From: Pseudomonadota bacterium | Lineage (GTDB): Bacteria > Pseudomonadota > Gammaproteobacteria > Burkholderiales > Burkholderiaceae_E | NCBI GenBank assembly: GCA_029779435.1 | Contig: JAKPAM010000162.1 | Coordinates: 5,527 to 69,526, forward strand | Direction: 5' to 3' | Length of the DNA: 64,000 nucleotides | Shown: one piece after another, positions 37,394 through 47,624 of the stretch | How the letters are laid out: each line of letters opens with the position of its first letter | How positions within the stretch are numbered: position 1 is the stretch's first letter | Position numbers and translations under genes: made by a program | Notes under the pieces: generated by a model | Database searches by the model: none | The model's input: the letters and a program-made list of their open reading frames with translations, nothing else | Told to the model about the DNA's origin: nothing

Positions 37394-38221
37394 TCAGCCG
37401 GCAGCGACGTTCGAGATCAATTCGGCCATCGGATCGATGGGCGCAGGCTTGGGCGCGCGCACCAGGCGGCCGTCGGGCGTCATGTGCAGGCCGCATTCGC
37501 GCGTCTCGGCCAGCTCCCACCACCAGCGGCCGGCGCGCAAGTCTTCGCCGGGCTCGACGGCGCGCGTGCACGGCGCGCAGCCGATGCTCGGGAATCCCCG
37601 GGCGTGCAGTGCATTGGTCGGCACGTCGAAGCGTCGGACATAAGCCCAGACGTCGTCGTGCGTCCATTCGACGATCGGGTTGAGCTTCATCAGGCCGTGC
37701 GCGTCGTCGCGGGCCAGCACGTCCAGTTCGGCGCGCGTGACCGACTGGTCGCGGCGCAGGCCGGTGATCCACAGGCCCGCGTCCCGCAGCGCGCGGCCCA
37801 GCGGCTCCATCTTGCGGATCTCGCAGCAGCGCTTGCGCAGGTCGATCGACCGATAGAACGGATTGATGCCGTGCTCGGCGACGAAGGCTTCCAGCGCCTG
37901 CGTATCGGGCGCCATCGCGATGATCGGCCGCTGGTAGCGCTCGCGCGCTCGCTCGATCAATTGATAAGTCTCGTCGTGCAGCCGCCCGGTATCGAGCGTC
38001 ACGATCCGCACGTCGAGGCCGGCGCGCGCGATCAGGTCGAGCACGACCATGTCCTCGGCGCCGAAGCTCGTCGTGAACACGGCCGGGCCATGAGCGCCGG
38101 CGGCCGCGCGCAGGCGGTCGGTGGCGACCGCCTCCAGCGTCGTCGATCGATCGCTGGAGGAGTTCGCCGAAAGCGCCATCGACGGGTTGGCGGATTCGAT
38201 CGTGCGGGCGTCCGCCATCAT
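37394..38221 (-). CDS. cysH: Adenylylsulfate (APS)/PAPS reductase, Fe-S-cluster type
   Basis: 275-aa ORF with TSFGAEDMVV, the cysteine pairs KRCCEIRK and GCAPCT, and the catalytic ECGLH. The ATG overlaps the upstream stop codon (ATGA). Confidence 0.9.
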   Translation of the reverse strand: MMADARTIESANPSMALSANSSSDRSTTLEAVATDRLRAAAGAHGPAVFTTSFGAEDMVVLDLIARAGLDVRIVTLDTGRLHDETYQLIERARERYQRPIIAMAPDTQALEAFVAEHGINPFYRSIDLRKRCCEIRKMEPLGRALRDAGLWITGLRRDQSVTRAELDVLARDDAHGLMKLNPIVEWTHDDVWAYVRRFDVPTNALHARGFPSIGCAPCTRAVEPGEDLRAGRWWWELAETRECGLHMTPDGRLVRAPKPAPIDPMAELISNVAAG

Positions 38222-38757
38222 CGTGCCCCCGCGCCCGCCGCGACCCGGGCCCCCGCGGCGGCGGCGCGCCGCTCGAACAGCGGGCCGCGATCCACGGCCG
38301 CCTGATAGGCCTCGCTGAAATCCCCGAGTGCGCGCAGCGCCTCATCGACGTTCTGGTCGTCGCGCAGCGCGAACGTGTCGAAACCGCAGCGCGCATAGAA
38401 GAACATCTGGTCGCGCAGCACGTCGCCGACGGCGCGCAGTTCGCCGTCATAACCATGGCGCTGGCGCAGCAGGCGGGCGATCGAATAGCCGCGCCCGTCG
38501 GTGAAGGACGGGAACTCGACGGCGACCAGCTTCAGTCGCGGCAGCACGTCGGCGATCGCCTCGGGATCGTCGGCCGGACCGAGCAGGATGCCCAGCGGCC
38601 CGTCATGCGCGTCCCACCGCGCCGGATGCGCGCGCCACTGGGCCAAGGTCAGCAGCACGCTGGCACCCTCGACGCCGGCGCCGCCGGCCGCGGCCTCGTC
38701 ATCGATGCGGATCCAGTCGTCGGCCAGACGGCCATTGCGATCAATGAGCTGCGACAT
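38218..38757 (-). CDS. DUF934-family protein (conserved partner of sulfite reductase genes)
   Basis: Track ORF 38218..38826, with the start at M24 (MSQLIDRNGRL). The start region overlaps the cysI 3' end by 17 nt. The segment EFPSFTDGRGYSIARLLR is present. Confidence 0.8.
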   Translation of the reverse strand: MSQLIDRNGRLADDWIRIDDEAAAGGAGVEGASVLLTLAQWRAHPARWDAHDGPLGILLGPADDPEAIADVLPRLKLVAVEFPSFTDGRGYSIARLLRQRHGYDGELRAVGDVLRDQMFFYARCGFDTFALRDDQNVDEALRALGDFSEAYQAAVDRGPLFERRAAAAGARVAAGAGAR

Positions 38758-40402
38758 AGACCGCCTCCTTGAACGGCGTGATGCCGACGCGATGCACGAC
38801 GTCGACGAAGCGTTCGAGTTCGCCATGGCGAAGCTCGAGGTAAGTCTCGAGCAGTTTCTCGATCACGTCGGGGACTTCATCGCGCGCGAACGACGGGCCG
38901 ATGATCTTGCCGATCGACGCGCGGTTGCCCTGGCTGCCGCCGATCGTGATCTGGTACCACTCCTCGCCGGCCTTATCGACGCCCAGGATGCCGATGTGGC
39001 CGACGTGATGGTGGCCGCAGGCGTTGATGCAGCCGGAGATGTTCAGGTCGAGTTCACCGATGTCGTGCTGGAAGTCCAGGTCCTCGAAGCGGCGCGAGAT
39101 CGCCTCGGCCACTGGGATCGACACCGCGTTGGCCAGCGAACAGAAATCACCGCCCGGGCACGCGACGATGTTGGTCAGCAGCCCGAGATTGGGCGTGGCC
39201 AGCCCCAGCGGCTTGAGCCGCTGCCACAACTCGTACAGGTCGCGCAACTGCACGTCGGCCAGCACGAGGTTCTGCTCGTGCGTGCTGCGCAGTTCGCCGA
39301 AGCTGTAGCGGTCGGCCAGGTCGGCGATCGCTTCCATCTGGTCGGCCGTCACGTCGCCGGGCGGCACGCCGGGCTTCTTCAGCGTCAGCGTGACGGCCGC
39401 ATAGCCGTCGACGCGATGGGGAAACACGCAACGCCCGGCCCAGCGCGCGAACGCGGGGTCGGCGGCCTTGTGCGCGGCGAACGACGCATCGTCCGCGGGC
39501 AGCAGAACATAAGCGGGACGCGTGAACCGCTGGCCGACGCGGTCCAGCTCCGCCTGCGTCAGCGTGCCGGGCCCGCCGACCAGATGCTGCCATTCGCGCT
39601 CGACCTCGGCCGCGTAGGCGGCGGGCGTCAGGTCCTTGACGAGGATCTTGATCCGCGCCTTGTACTTGTTGTCGCGACGGCCATAGCGGTTGTAGACGCG
39701 CAGCGCGGCTTCGAGATAAGTGAGCAGGTGGCGCCACGGCACGAACGGGCGGATCACGTGTCCGACCATCGGCGTACGGCCCAGACCGCCGCCTGCCATG
39801 AAGCGGAACCCGACTTCGCCGGCCTCGTCGACGACCGCCTGCAGACCGATGTCGTGCACCAACGTCGCCGCGCGATCATCGCTCGCGCCGGTCACCGCGA
39901 TCTTGAACTTGCGCGGCAGGAACGCGAACTCGGGGTGGAACGTCGACCATTGGCGGATGATCTCGCACCACACCAGCGGATCGACGATCTCGTCGCGGGC
40001 GATGCCGGCGAACTGATCGGTCGTCGTATTGCGGATGCAGTTGCCGCTGGTCTGGATCGCATGCATCTGCACGCTGGCCAGTTCGGCGAGGATGTCGGGT
40101 ACGTCTTCGAGGCGCGGCCAGTTGAACTGCATGTTCTGGCGCGTGCTGAAATGCGCGTAGCCGCGGTCGTAGCGGCGGGAGATGTACGCGAGCTTCCGGA
40201 GCTGGCGGCTGCTCAGCAGGCCATAAGGAATCGCCACGCGCAGCATCGGCGCGTGCCGCTGGATGTACAAGCCGTTCTGCAGGCGCAGCGGCAGGAACTC
40301 GTCGTTGCTGAGCTTGCCGGCCAGGAAGCGACGCGTCTGGTCGCGAAACTGGTCGACGCGTTCGTCGACGAAGTGCTGATCGATGTCGTCGTAGATATAC
40401 AT
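38741..40402 (-). CDS. cysI: Sulfite (nitrite/sulfite) reductase hemoprotein, ferredoxin-type
   Basis: 553-aa ORF with the siroheme/4Fe-4S cysteine clusters TSGNCIRN, CPGGDFCSLA and SGCINACGHHH. Confidence 0.9.
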   Translation of the reverse strand: MYIYDDIDQHFVDERVDQFRDQTRRFLAGKLSNDEFLPLRLQNGLYIQRHAPMLRVAIPYGLLSSRQLRKLAYISRRYDRGYAHFSTRQNMQFNWPRLEDVPDILAELASVQMHAIQTSGNCIRNTTTDQFAGIARDEIVDPLVWCEIIRQWSTFHPEFAFLPRKFKIAVTGASDDRAATLVHDIGLQAVVDEAGEVGFRFMAGGGLGRTPMVGHVIRPFVPWRHLLTYLEAALRVYNRYGRRDNKYKARIKILVKDLTPAAYAAEVEREWQHLVGGPGTLTQAELDRVGQRFTRPAYVLLPADDASFAAHKAADPAFARWAGRCVFPHRVDGYAAVTLTLKKPGVPPGDVTADQMEAIADLADRYSFGELRSTHEQNLVLADVQLRDLYELWQRLKPLGLATPNLGLLTNIVACPGGDFCSLANAVSIPVAEAISRRFEDLDFQHDIGELDLNISGCINACGHHHVGHIGILGVDKAGEEWYQITIGGSQGNRASIGKIIGPSFARDEVPDVIEKLLETYLELRHGELERFVDVVHRVGITPFKEAVYVAAH

Positions 40403-40537
40403 GGCGCTGCCTGCGGGACACGGGCGCGATTCGCCGCGCCCCTCCCTCTATCAAGGCTCGCCATGTTGCAGTGCGACTGCCGCAACTGGAACCAAGGAAA
40501 TATGATTTCTTTATGCGGATGGGGCAATATCCGCTCC

Positions 40538-41725
40538 ATGCCTACGTACCCTTTTTCCCGTCGCAGCGAAGCGATCGAGCCGTTCCAGGCAATGGAACTG
40601 GCCAAGCGCGCGTCGCAATTGCATGCCGCCGGCCATCCGGTGATCCACATGAGCATCGGCGAGCCCGATTTCACGGCGCCGCCGCAGGTCGTGCAGGCGC
40701 TGGAACGCGCGGCCGCCGCCGGCCACAGCCGCTACACGGCCGCCAATGGCATCGCACCGTTGCGCCGCGCGATCGCCGCGTACTATCAGCAGGAATACGG
40801 GCTCGCCATCGATCCGGCGCGAGTGATCGTCACCGCGGGCGCCTCGGCGGCGCTGCTGCTGGCGTTCTGCGCGCTCGTCGACCCGGGTGACCAGGTATTG
40901 ATGGCCGACCCCGGCTATCCGTGCAACCGGCATCTGGTCGCGGCCTTCGATGCGGAGCCGGTGCCGGTGCCGGTCGGCCCGGCCACGCGCTTCCAGTTGA
41001 ACAGCGAGTTGCTCGACCAGTATTGGGGCGAACGCGTGAAGGGGACGCTGATCGCTTCGCCGGCCAATCCGACGGGCACGGCGATCCCGTTCGACGAGTT
41101 GGCGCGCATCGTCGAGTCGACGCGCCGGCGGCGCGGCTTCGTGGTCGTCGACGAGATCTACCTGGGGCTCAGCTATCCGGCCCCTGGCGCGGCGCCGGTC
41201 CGTTCGGCGCTGTCGCTGGGCGACGACGTGATCGTGTGCAACAGCTTCTCGAAGTTCTTCAACATGACCGGCTGGCGGCTGGGCTGGCTGATCGTGCCGC
41301 CCGATGCGGTGGCGGTGTTCGAGAAGCTGTCGCAGAACCTGTTCATTTGTGCATCGGCGCTCGCCCAGTACGCGGCGCTGGCCTGCTTCGAACCCGACAC
41401 GATGGCGCTGCTCGCCGAACGGCGCGAATCGTTTCGCCGGCGACGCGACTATCTGGTGCCCGCGCTCGAATCGATCGGATTGCACGTACCGGTCATGCCG
41501 GACGGCGCGTTCTACGTCTACGCCGACTGCGGCGCGCTGGGCATGGACAGCACGCGCTTCGCGCATGAGCTGCTGGAGACCGAATACGTGTCGCTGGTGC
41601 CTGGCCCGGATTTCGGCAGCAACGCGCCGGACCGCTATCTGCGGCTGTCCTATGCAACGAGCCAGGCGCTGCTCGAGCAAGCGGTCGAGCGAATGGACCG
41701 CTTCCTGAAGAAGCGCCGCGCTTAG
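40538..41725 (+). CDS. Pyridoxal-phosphate-dependent aminotransferase, class I/II
   Basis: This is the internal part of track ORF 38501..41725, with the ATG at 40538 (MPTYPFSRRSEAIEPF). The PLP-lysine motif is SFSKFFNMTGWRLGW. Confidence 0.85.
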   Translation: MPTYPFSRRSEAIEPFQAMELAKRASQLHAAGHPVIHMSIGEPDFTAPPQVVQALERAAAAGHSRYTAANGIAPLRRAIAAYYQQEYGLAIDPARVIVTAGASAALLLAFCALVDPGDQVLMADPGYPCNRHLVAAFDAEPVPVPVGPATRFQLNSELLDQYWGERVKGTLIASPANPTGTAIPFDELARIVESTRRRRGFVVVDEIYLGLSYPAPGAAPVRSALSLGDDVIVCNSFSKFFNMTGWRLGWLIVPPDAVAVFEKLSQNLFICASALAQYAALACFEPDTMALLAERRESFRRRRDYLVPALESIGLHVPVMPDGAFYVYADCGALGMDSTRFAHELLETEYVSLVPGPDFGSNAPDRYLRLSYATSQALLEQAVERMDRFLKKRRA

Positions 41726-41747
41726 CCGGCGCTCGGGACCCGTCGCC

Positions 41748-42872
41748 CTAGGGTGACGGCGACACCGTCGTACCGACCGCGGCAGCCGACGTCGCGGCGG
41801 TCGATACCGCAGCGGTCGACACCGCGGCGACCGATCCGCCGCTGGGCGCAGCGCTCGCCGACGCGTCGGCCGGCGAACCGCCGAGCGCGGATGCACCGGA
41901 GGTCGACGAGCCAGGCGCCGATGCCCCGGACGCCGCCGTGCCGGGCGCCGCTGCGCCGGGCGCCGCTGCGCCGGATGCCGACATGCCGGTGCGGACCAAC
42001 GCCTGCCTGTCGTTGCTGGCCAGCAGTGGCGCGGGTTCGCGCGACCGGGGCGCCGGCGGTGGCACCGGCAGACGCTTGCCCTGGGCGATCGTGGCCAGGC
42101 GTTCGCGCTCGGCCAGCACCTTGCGGCCGTAGCCGTTGTCGTGCGTCATCAACGCGGCGCCGACGTAGGCCTTGAGTCCGCCCTCGATCGTGCCGTCCCG
42201 CGAGATGTAATCGCGCAGGATGCGCGCGCCGACGCGGATGTTGGCGATCGGATCGAAAGCCGCGGCAACGCCCCCGAACGGGGCGAATTTCTCGGTATGG
42301 ACGCGGGTCAGCACCTGCATCAGGCCGTGGGCGCCCGCGCTGCTGACGGCGGACGGATCGAAGCTGGACTCGACGGCCATCACGGCCAGGATCAGCCAGG
42401 GGTCGAGCTTGTAGTCGCGGGCCGCCTTGTACGCGCCGTCGACGAACACCTGGGTGTTGTCGAACGCCACCTTGTAGCGGCTGGCGATGAAGCTGGCCAA
42501 GTTGTGCTGCTCGAGCTCCATCTTCTGGCCGGACGCGCTCGGCATGCGCACCGGTGCCACGACCTTGCGCGCCTGTTCGGTCGCCGCCTGGGCGGGCACC
42601 GGATCGATCATCGCGACGACGGCCGGCGCGGGAACCTCGGCCGCGATCCGGGCCGGTACATCGGCTTCCGCCGGCTGCGACACCGGCAAGCGAACTTCGG
42701 ACAGCGTCGCGAAAGACGGCGACGCGAACTGGGGCTGCCACAACACCATGGCCGACAAACCCGCCACGGGCAGGCTCAACAGCGCGGCTTGCCGGGTATA
42801 TCGAGCCGCCTTGACTACATGTGAGAACGCATTGAAAGTCGTTCCGATCCAACGCGGGTCGCGCATTGACAC
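41748..42872 (-). CDS. Lytic transglycosylase (SLT domain) with an Ala/Ser/Gly-rich repetitive C-terminal tail
   Basis: 374-aa ORF with the catalytic segment AVMAVESSFDPSAVSSAGAHGLMQV. The last roughly 100 aa are low-complexity and are encoded by 15-bp repeats. Confidence 0.8.
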   Translation of the reverse strand: MSMRDPRWIGTTFNAFSHVVKAARYTRQAALLSLPVAGLSAMVLWQPQFASPSFATLSEVRLPVSQPAEADVPARIAAEVPAPAVVAMIDPVPAQAATEQARKVVAPVRMPSASGQKMELEQHNLASFIASRYKVAFDNTQVFVDGAYKAARDYKLDPWLILAVMAVESSFDPSAVSSAGAHGLMQVLTRVHTEKFAPFGGVAAAFDPIANIRVGARILRDYISRDGTIEGGLKAYVGAALMTHDNGYGRKVLAERERLATIAQGKRLPVPPPAPRSREPAPLLASNDRQALVRTGMSASGAAAPGAAAPGTAASGASAPGSSTSGASALGGSPADASASAAPSGGSVAAVSTAAVSTAATSAAAVGTTVSPSP

Positions 42873-43189
42873 TCCTTGCGGCTCACGCCGTTTGGCCGCC
42901 CAAACGACAGGCGATCGGTTGTTCTTGTTCTGCCGAGGCCTGGGGCCCCTTGCGTTCCGGCGGGATTCTGATGCCTGTCTGCGCAGGCCCGCCGCCGGAT
43001 ATGATTGGCGAAGGGCTGATCGGCCGACTCCGCCATGCCGTCATCGACGGCACTTCGCTCGCAGGATGGCCGCTTTGCGCGACCTCAATGTGTGGAGATG
43101 GCGGGATTCTAGGGATCGTTCGCCGGGTGGTCAAATCACCGTTTAATGGTTTTTCAAGCAATTTTCTGCGCCACGGCGAATAGAATTAG

Positions 43190-44746
43190 ATGAAATACAA
43201 AGACTTGCGCGACTTCCTGAAACTACTGGATTCAAAAACAGCATTTCGGAAAATCAGCGCCCCGGTCTCGCCGAAACTGGAGATGACGGAGATTTCGGAC
43301 CGGGTCCTGCGAGCCGGCGGCCCGGCCTTGCTGTTCGAGCAGCCGGTCGACGGACAGCGCCGCTACGACATGCCGGTGTTGACGAATCTGTTCGGCACTC
43401 CCGAACGCGTGGCATGGGGCATGGGCGAGGAATCCGTGATGGCGCTGCGCGAGGTCGGCGAACTGCTGGCCATGCTGAAGGAGCCCGAGCCGCCGCGAGG
43501 CCTGCGCGATGCGTGGGACAAATTGCCGGTGCTCAAGCAGGTGCTGAACATGGCGCCGCGCGAGTTGTCGTCGGCGCCCTGCCAGCAGATCGTCTGGGAA
43601 GGCGGCGACGTCGACCTGGACCGCCTGCCGGTGCAGACCTGCTGGCCCGGCGACGCCGCGCCGCTGATCACCTGGGGTCTGGTCGTCACGCGCGGGCCGG
43701 GTAAGACGCGGCAGAACCTCGGCATCTATCGCCAGCAGGTGATCGGTCGCGACAAGACGATCATGCGATGGCTCGCGCATCGCGGCGGCGCGCTGGATTT
43801 CCACGAGTTCCGCGAGCGCCATCCGGGCCAGCCGTTCCCGGTCGCCACGGTGCTGGGCGCCGATCCGGCGACGATCCTCGGTGCGGTCACGCCGGTGCCC
43901 GACAGCCTGTCCGAATACCAGTTCGCCGGCCTGCTGCGCGGCGCCAAGACCGAACTGATCCGCTGCCTGGGCAGCGAGCTGCGCGTGCCGGCCAGCGCCG
44001 AACTGGTGCTCGAGGGCCACCTGCGCCCCGATCCGGAGCACGCGGCGACCCGCGCCCATGCCGAACGCCTGGGCTGGACCGGCGCATTGCCGCCGGCGGC
44101 ACTGACCGGCTACGAGATGGCGATCGAAGGCCCGTACGGCGACCATACCGGCTACTACAACGAGCGCGAGTGGTTCCCGGTCTTCACGATCGACCGCATC
44201 ACGATGCGCGAACGGCCGATCTACCATTCGACGTACACCGGCAAGCCGCCCGATGAACCGGCCGTGCTCGGCGTGGCGCTCAACGAAGTGTTCGTGCCGA
44301 TCCTGCGTCGGCAGTTCCCCGAGATCATCGACTTCTACCTGCCGCCCGAAGGCTGCTCGTACCGGATGGCGATCGTCTCGATGCGCAAGCAATACCCGGG
44401 CCATGCCAAGCGCGTGATGTTCGGCATCTGGAGCTTCCTGCGCCAGTTCATGTACACGAAGTTCATCGTCGTCACCGATGACGACGTCGACATCCGCAGT
44501 TGGCAGGACGTCATCTGGGCATTGACCACGCGCGTGGATCCGACGCGCGACACCACGCTCGTCGATCACACGCCGATCGACTACCTGGATTTCGCGTCGC
44601 CGGTCTCGGGCCTGGGCTCGAAGATGGGCATCGATGCCACGCACAAGTGGCCGGGCGAGACGCAGCGCGAATGGGGCACGCCGATCCGGATGGATGGCGA
44701 CGTGCGGGCGCGGGTCGATGCGATGTGGGGCTCGCTGGGTCTGTGA
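43190..44746 (+). CDS. ubiD: UbiD-family decarboxylase (4-hydroxy-3-polyprenylbenzoate decarboxylase type)
   Basis: 518-aa ORF with the N-terminus [13 protein letters not shown]...[16 protein letters not shown] and full-length UbiD architecture. Confidence 0.9.
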   Translation: MKYKDLRDFLKLLDSKTAFRKISAPVSPKLEMTEISDRVLRAGGPALLFEQPVDGQRRYDMPVLTNLFGTPERVAWGMGEESVMALREVGELLAMLKEPEPPRGLRDAWDKLPVLKQVLNMAPRELSSAPCQQIVWEGGDVDLDRLPVQTCWPGDAAPLITWGLVVTRGPGKTRQNLGIYRQQVIGRDKTIMRWLAHRGGALDFHEFRERHPGQPFPVATVLGADPATILGAVTPVPDSLSEYQFAGLLRGAKTELIRCLGSELRVPASAELVLEGHLRPDPEHAATRAHAERLGWTGALPPAALTGYEMAIEGPYGDHTGYYNEREWFPVFTIDRITMRERPIYHSTYTGKPPDEPAVLGVALNEVFVPILRRQFPEIIDFYLPPEGCSYRMAIVSMRKQYPGHAKRVMFGIWSFLRQFMYTKFIVVTDDDVDIRSWQDVIWALTTRVDPTRDTTLVDHTPIDYLDFASPVSGLGSKMGIDATHKWPGETQREWGTPIRMDGDVRARVDAMWGSLGL

Positions 44747-44782
44747 GGCGGGAGCTACGAGCCGCACGGCGCCTCCGAACGC

Positions 44783-46561
44783 TCAACCGTTCTCGTAGAC
44801 CCAGCTCAGGAACGCGTCGAGAGCGCGTACGCTGGCCTCGGCCCGCGGTCCGTTGACCATCATCGCCACCGCGTAGCGCTTGCCGCCCGCCGCGTCGACG
44901 AAACCGGCGATCGCGCGGACATCGTTCAAGGTGCCGGTCTTGACCCATGCGCGGCCTGCCACGGGCTGACCCACCAGCCGGTTGCGCATCGTGCCGTCGA
45001 CGCCGACCCGCGGCATGGACCCGCGCATGATGTCGCCGATGTCACTGATCGCCACGTCGCGCAGCAGTTCGGCCAGGTGCTGAGGACTGATCCGTTCGAT
45101 GCGTGACAGCCCCGAACCGTTCTCGATGACCATCTCCGGGAAGCGCAGACCCCGGGACGCCAGCCACCCGCCGAGCACGTCGCGCGCCTGATCGAGCGTG
45201 GCTGCCGTGCCGCGCCGCTCGGCGGCCATCTGCAGCAGCAATTGACGCGCCATCACGTTGTTGCTGAATTTGTTGACGTCCTGCACGACGTCGGCGAGCG
45301 TGCGCGGCGATACCCACTCCTGCCACGGCTTGCCTCGCGCGGCGCCGGGCATGACCCGCGTCTGCCCCTGCCAGATGCCGCCCGCCGCCGTCCACGCGGC
45401 CTTGAACAGCGAATGGATGAACTGGCGATGCGTGAGCACGGCCGCGAATGTCCCCTGCTCGCCGCAGGACGGCGAGAACTGGCCGCTGACCTGGATGGCC
45501 GGACGCGCGTCGCTGCCGCCGTCGCGGATCTGCACTCCGCCGATGCCATGCCGGCACTTGCCCGGCGCCACCTTGATCGCATTGTCGATCTCGATGTCGG
45601 CCAGCGGCGGATCCATCATCAGGCCGACGCGCTTGCCGCGCGGCTGCAGCGTCAGGCGCGTCGCCTTGAAGTTCATCAGCAGCCCATAAGGCTGCACGTT
45701 GTACGGTTGGGACGGGTCGCCATCGATCGCTTCACCACGGCGGCCCTCGGGGAGGTAGATCGAATCGTCGAGCAGCAGGTCGCCGCGGATCTCGCGCAGG
45801 CCCGCCGCGCGCATCTGCCCGACGAAGGCGGTCAGGTCCTCGATGACGAGCTTGGGGTCGCCGCCGCCCTTGAGGATAAGGTCGCCATGCAGCACGTCCC
45901 CCTGCAGCCGGCCACCGAGGTAAGCGCCCGTATGCCAACGGTAATCGGCGCCCAGCGTCGACAACGCGGCGTACGTCGTCACCAGTTTCATCGTCGAGGC
46001 CGGGTTGAATCCCTGCTGCGCATTCCACGCGGCCAGCGTGTGCCCTTCGGAGACCTCGATCGCCATCATCCCGACGTGCTCCGACGTCACGCCGACGGCT
46101 TTCAGGATCGTCTCGAGTTCGGCGGGCAGCGCCATCTGGGCGGGCAGCCGGGTCGGCGTGAACGCCGGTCGCCGATGAGCCGGCGCCTGGCTGGGCGCGA
46201 TCGCCACGCTGGTGGCGCCGGCCAGTGACGACGGAACGGGCGATCCGGGGGGCGTCCCGAGGGACGAGGAAGGAAGCAGCGGCTGGAGCGATGCGGCCTC
46301 GGATGCCGGTACCGCCTGTGCCGCCGGCGCGGCGGGCGACGCCGCCGTCGATGCGGACGCGCTGCCGCCTGCCGCCGCCGGCGCGGGTTCGGCATGCGCG
46401 GCGTCGGATTCGGCGCGCAAGGCGAGCGGTAACGTTCCGGCCAGGGCCAGAGCGCTGATCAACGCGAGGCGACGATAAGGGAGGCGCACGACTCGATCCG
46501 GCCCGTCGGGGCATGGCGGCGATGCGGTCGATGCTATCAAAGCCGTTCCGCAACGGCGCAT
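44783..46561 (-). CDS. dacB: D-alanyl-D-alanine carboxypeptidase/endopeptidase (PBP4 family)
   Basis: 592-aa ORF (start uncertain). It has the SxxK motif NPASTMKLVT, and the C-terminal KTG motif lies within AWVKTGTLNDV. The N-terminal linker is Ala/Pro-rich. Confidence 0.85.
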   Translation of the reverse strand: MRRCGTALIASTASPPCPDGPDRVVRLPYRRLALISALALAGTLPLALRAESDAAHAEPAPAAAGGSASASTAASPAAPAAQAVPASEAASLQPLLPSSSLGTPPGSPVPSSLAGATSVAIAPSQAPAHRRPAFTPTRLPAQMALPAELETILKAVGVTSEHVGMMAIEVSEGHTLAAWNAQQGFNPASTMKLVTTYAALSTLGADYRWHTGAYLGGRLQGDVLHGDLILKGGGDPKLVIEDLTAFVGQMRAAGLREIRGDLLLDDSIYLPEGRRGEAIDGDPSQPYNVQPYGLLMNFKATRLTLQPRGKRVGLMMDPPLADIEIDNAIKVAPGKCRHGIGGVQIRDGGSDARPAIQVSGQFSPSCGEQGTFAAVLTHRQFIHSLFKAAWTAAGGIWQGQTRVMPGAARGKPWQEWVSPRTLADVVQDVNKFSNNVMARQLLLQMAAERRGTAATLDQARDVLGGWLASRGLRFPEMVIENGSGLSRIERISPQHLAELLRDVAISDIGDIMRGSMPRVGVDGTMRNRLVGQPVAGRAWVKTGTLNDVRAIAGFVDAAGGKRYAVAMMVNGPRAEASVRALDAFLSWVYENG

Positions 46562-46666
46562 CGAACCGGCCCGGAGGGCGATTAAATCGAGATGAACGGC
46601 CGCCGCGACGACGTCAAAACAACGATCGCCGCGTCACGCCGCGCGGCGGGCCATTCCGGCCCCGCG

Positions 46667-47113
46667 TCACTTGCAGATCAGCACCGGCACCTTGGTATGC
46701 GACAGCACCTTGGTCGTCTCGCTGCCGAGCAGCAGCCGCGCGAACGTCTTGCGGCCGTGCGAACCCATGACGATCAGGTCGCACTGCCTGGCCTCGGCGG
46801 TCTCGCAAATCGCCTCATAAGGGCTCGCGTGCTGCACATAGAGCGTGTCGATCGATATGCCATAGCCCTTGGCGATCTCCTGCGCGGTCTGGAGGATGCC
46901 GTTCGCGGTCTCCTGCGCCGATTTGTCATAGTCGTCCGGCGGATAGACCATCGCGACCGGAATGTCGGCGACGGTCGGCGGGATGAACGGCGGCTGCACG
47001 TTCAGCACGAGGATCCGCACATTACCCAGGTCGCGCGCTGCGCCGAGCGCCCACCTGAGCGCGTGGATGGACAGATCGGTGCCATCCGTGGGTACCAGAA
47101 TGTGCTGGAACAT
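46667..47113 (-). CDS. Universal stress protein (UspA family)
   Basis: 148-aa ORF with ILVPTDGT at the start and GSHGR...LLGSETTKVL at the end. Confidence 0.9.
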   Translation of the reverse strand: MFQHILVPTDGTDLSIHALRWALGAARDLGNVRILVLNVQPPFIPPTVADIPVAMVYPPDDYDKSAQETANGILQTAQEIAKGYGISIDTLYVQHASPYEAICETAEARQCDLIVMGSHGRKTFARLLLGSETTKVLSHTKVPVLICK

Positions 47114-47260
47114 CGTTTACCTCCTGTATCGCCTGAGCGCGCTGCGCGCTCGATGCGGGCATTAGACCACGCACGCCGGCGCTTGGGCCCGCGCATTGGT
47201 GAATCTCCTGAGAACGGTCGCCATGAAAGCTCCGCGCGATTCGTCGCGCGGAGTCTCCCT

Positions 47261-47623
47261 ATGCGAGAATCGATCGACGATCCGGCGGAAACTCCGATGA
47301 GCAGCCATTATTCCCATCACGTCTTCTTCTGCACGAACGTGCGTGAACCCGACCCTTCGGGCCAGACGCGGCCCTGCTGCGGCCATCACCAGGCCGCCGA
47401 GATGCGCGACTACACGAAGAAGAAGGTCAAGGCGCTGGGCCTGTCCGGCCCCGGCAAAGTCCGCGTCAACAACGCGGGATGCCTGGATCGCTGCGAGGAA
47501 GGTCCTTGCGTGGTCGTCTACCCCGAAGCGGTCTGGTATACGTATGTCGACAAGGAAGATATCGACGAAATCATCGATAGCCACCTGGTGCAAGGCAGGA
47601 TCGTCGATCGCCTGAAGATCTAA
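47261..47623 (+). CDS. Thioredoxin-like [2Fe-2S] ferredoxin-domain protein
   Basis: This is the internal part of track ORF 46592..47623, with the ATG at 47261 preceded by GGAG. The cysteine ligands lie in HHVFFCTN, PCCGH and GCLDRCEEGPC. Confidence 0.75.
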   Translation: MRESIDDPAETPMSSHYSHHVFFCTNVREPDPSGQTRPCCGHHQAAEMRDYTKKKVKALGLSGPGKVRVNNAGCLDRCEEGPCVVVYPEAVWYTYVDKEDIDEIIDSHLVQGRIVDRLKI

Positions 47624-47624
47624 C

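Noticed and set aside
42957-43112. An 11-nt direct repeat GGCGGGATTCT occurring twice, about 140 bp apart, in the 317-bp divergent region between the transglycosylase gene and ubiD.
   Set aside because: It is a single short GC-rich match with no surrounding symmetry or recognisable motif, so chance cannot be excluded. No riboswitch-like conserved structure was recognisable by eye.
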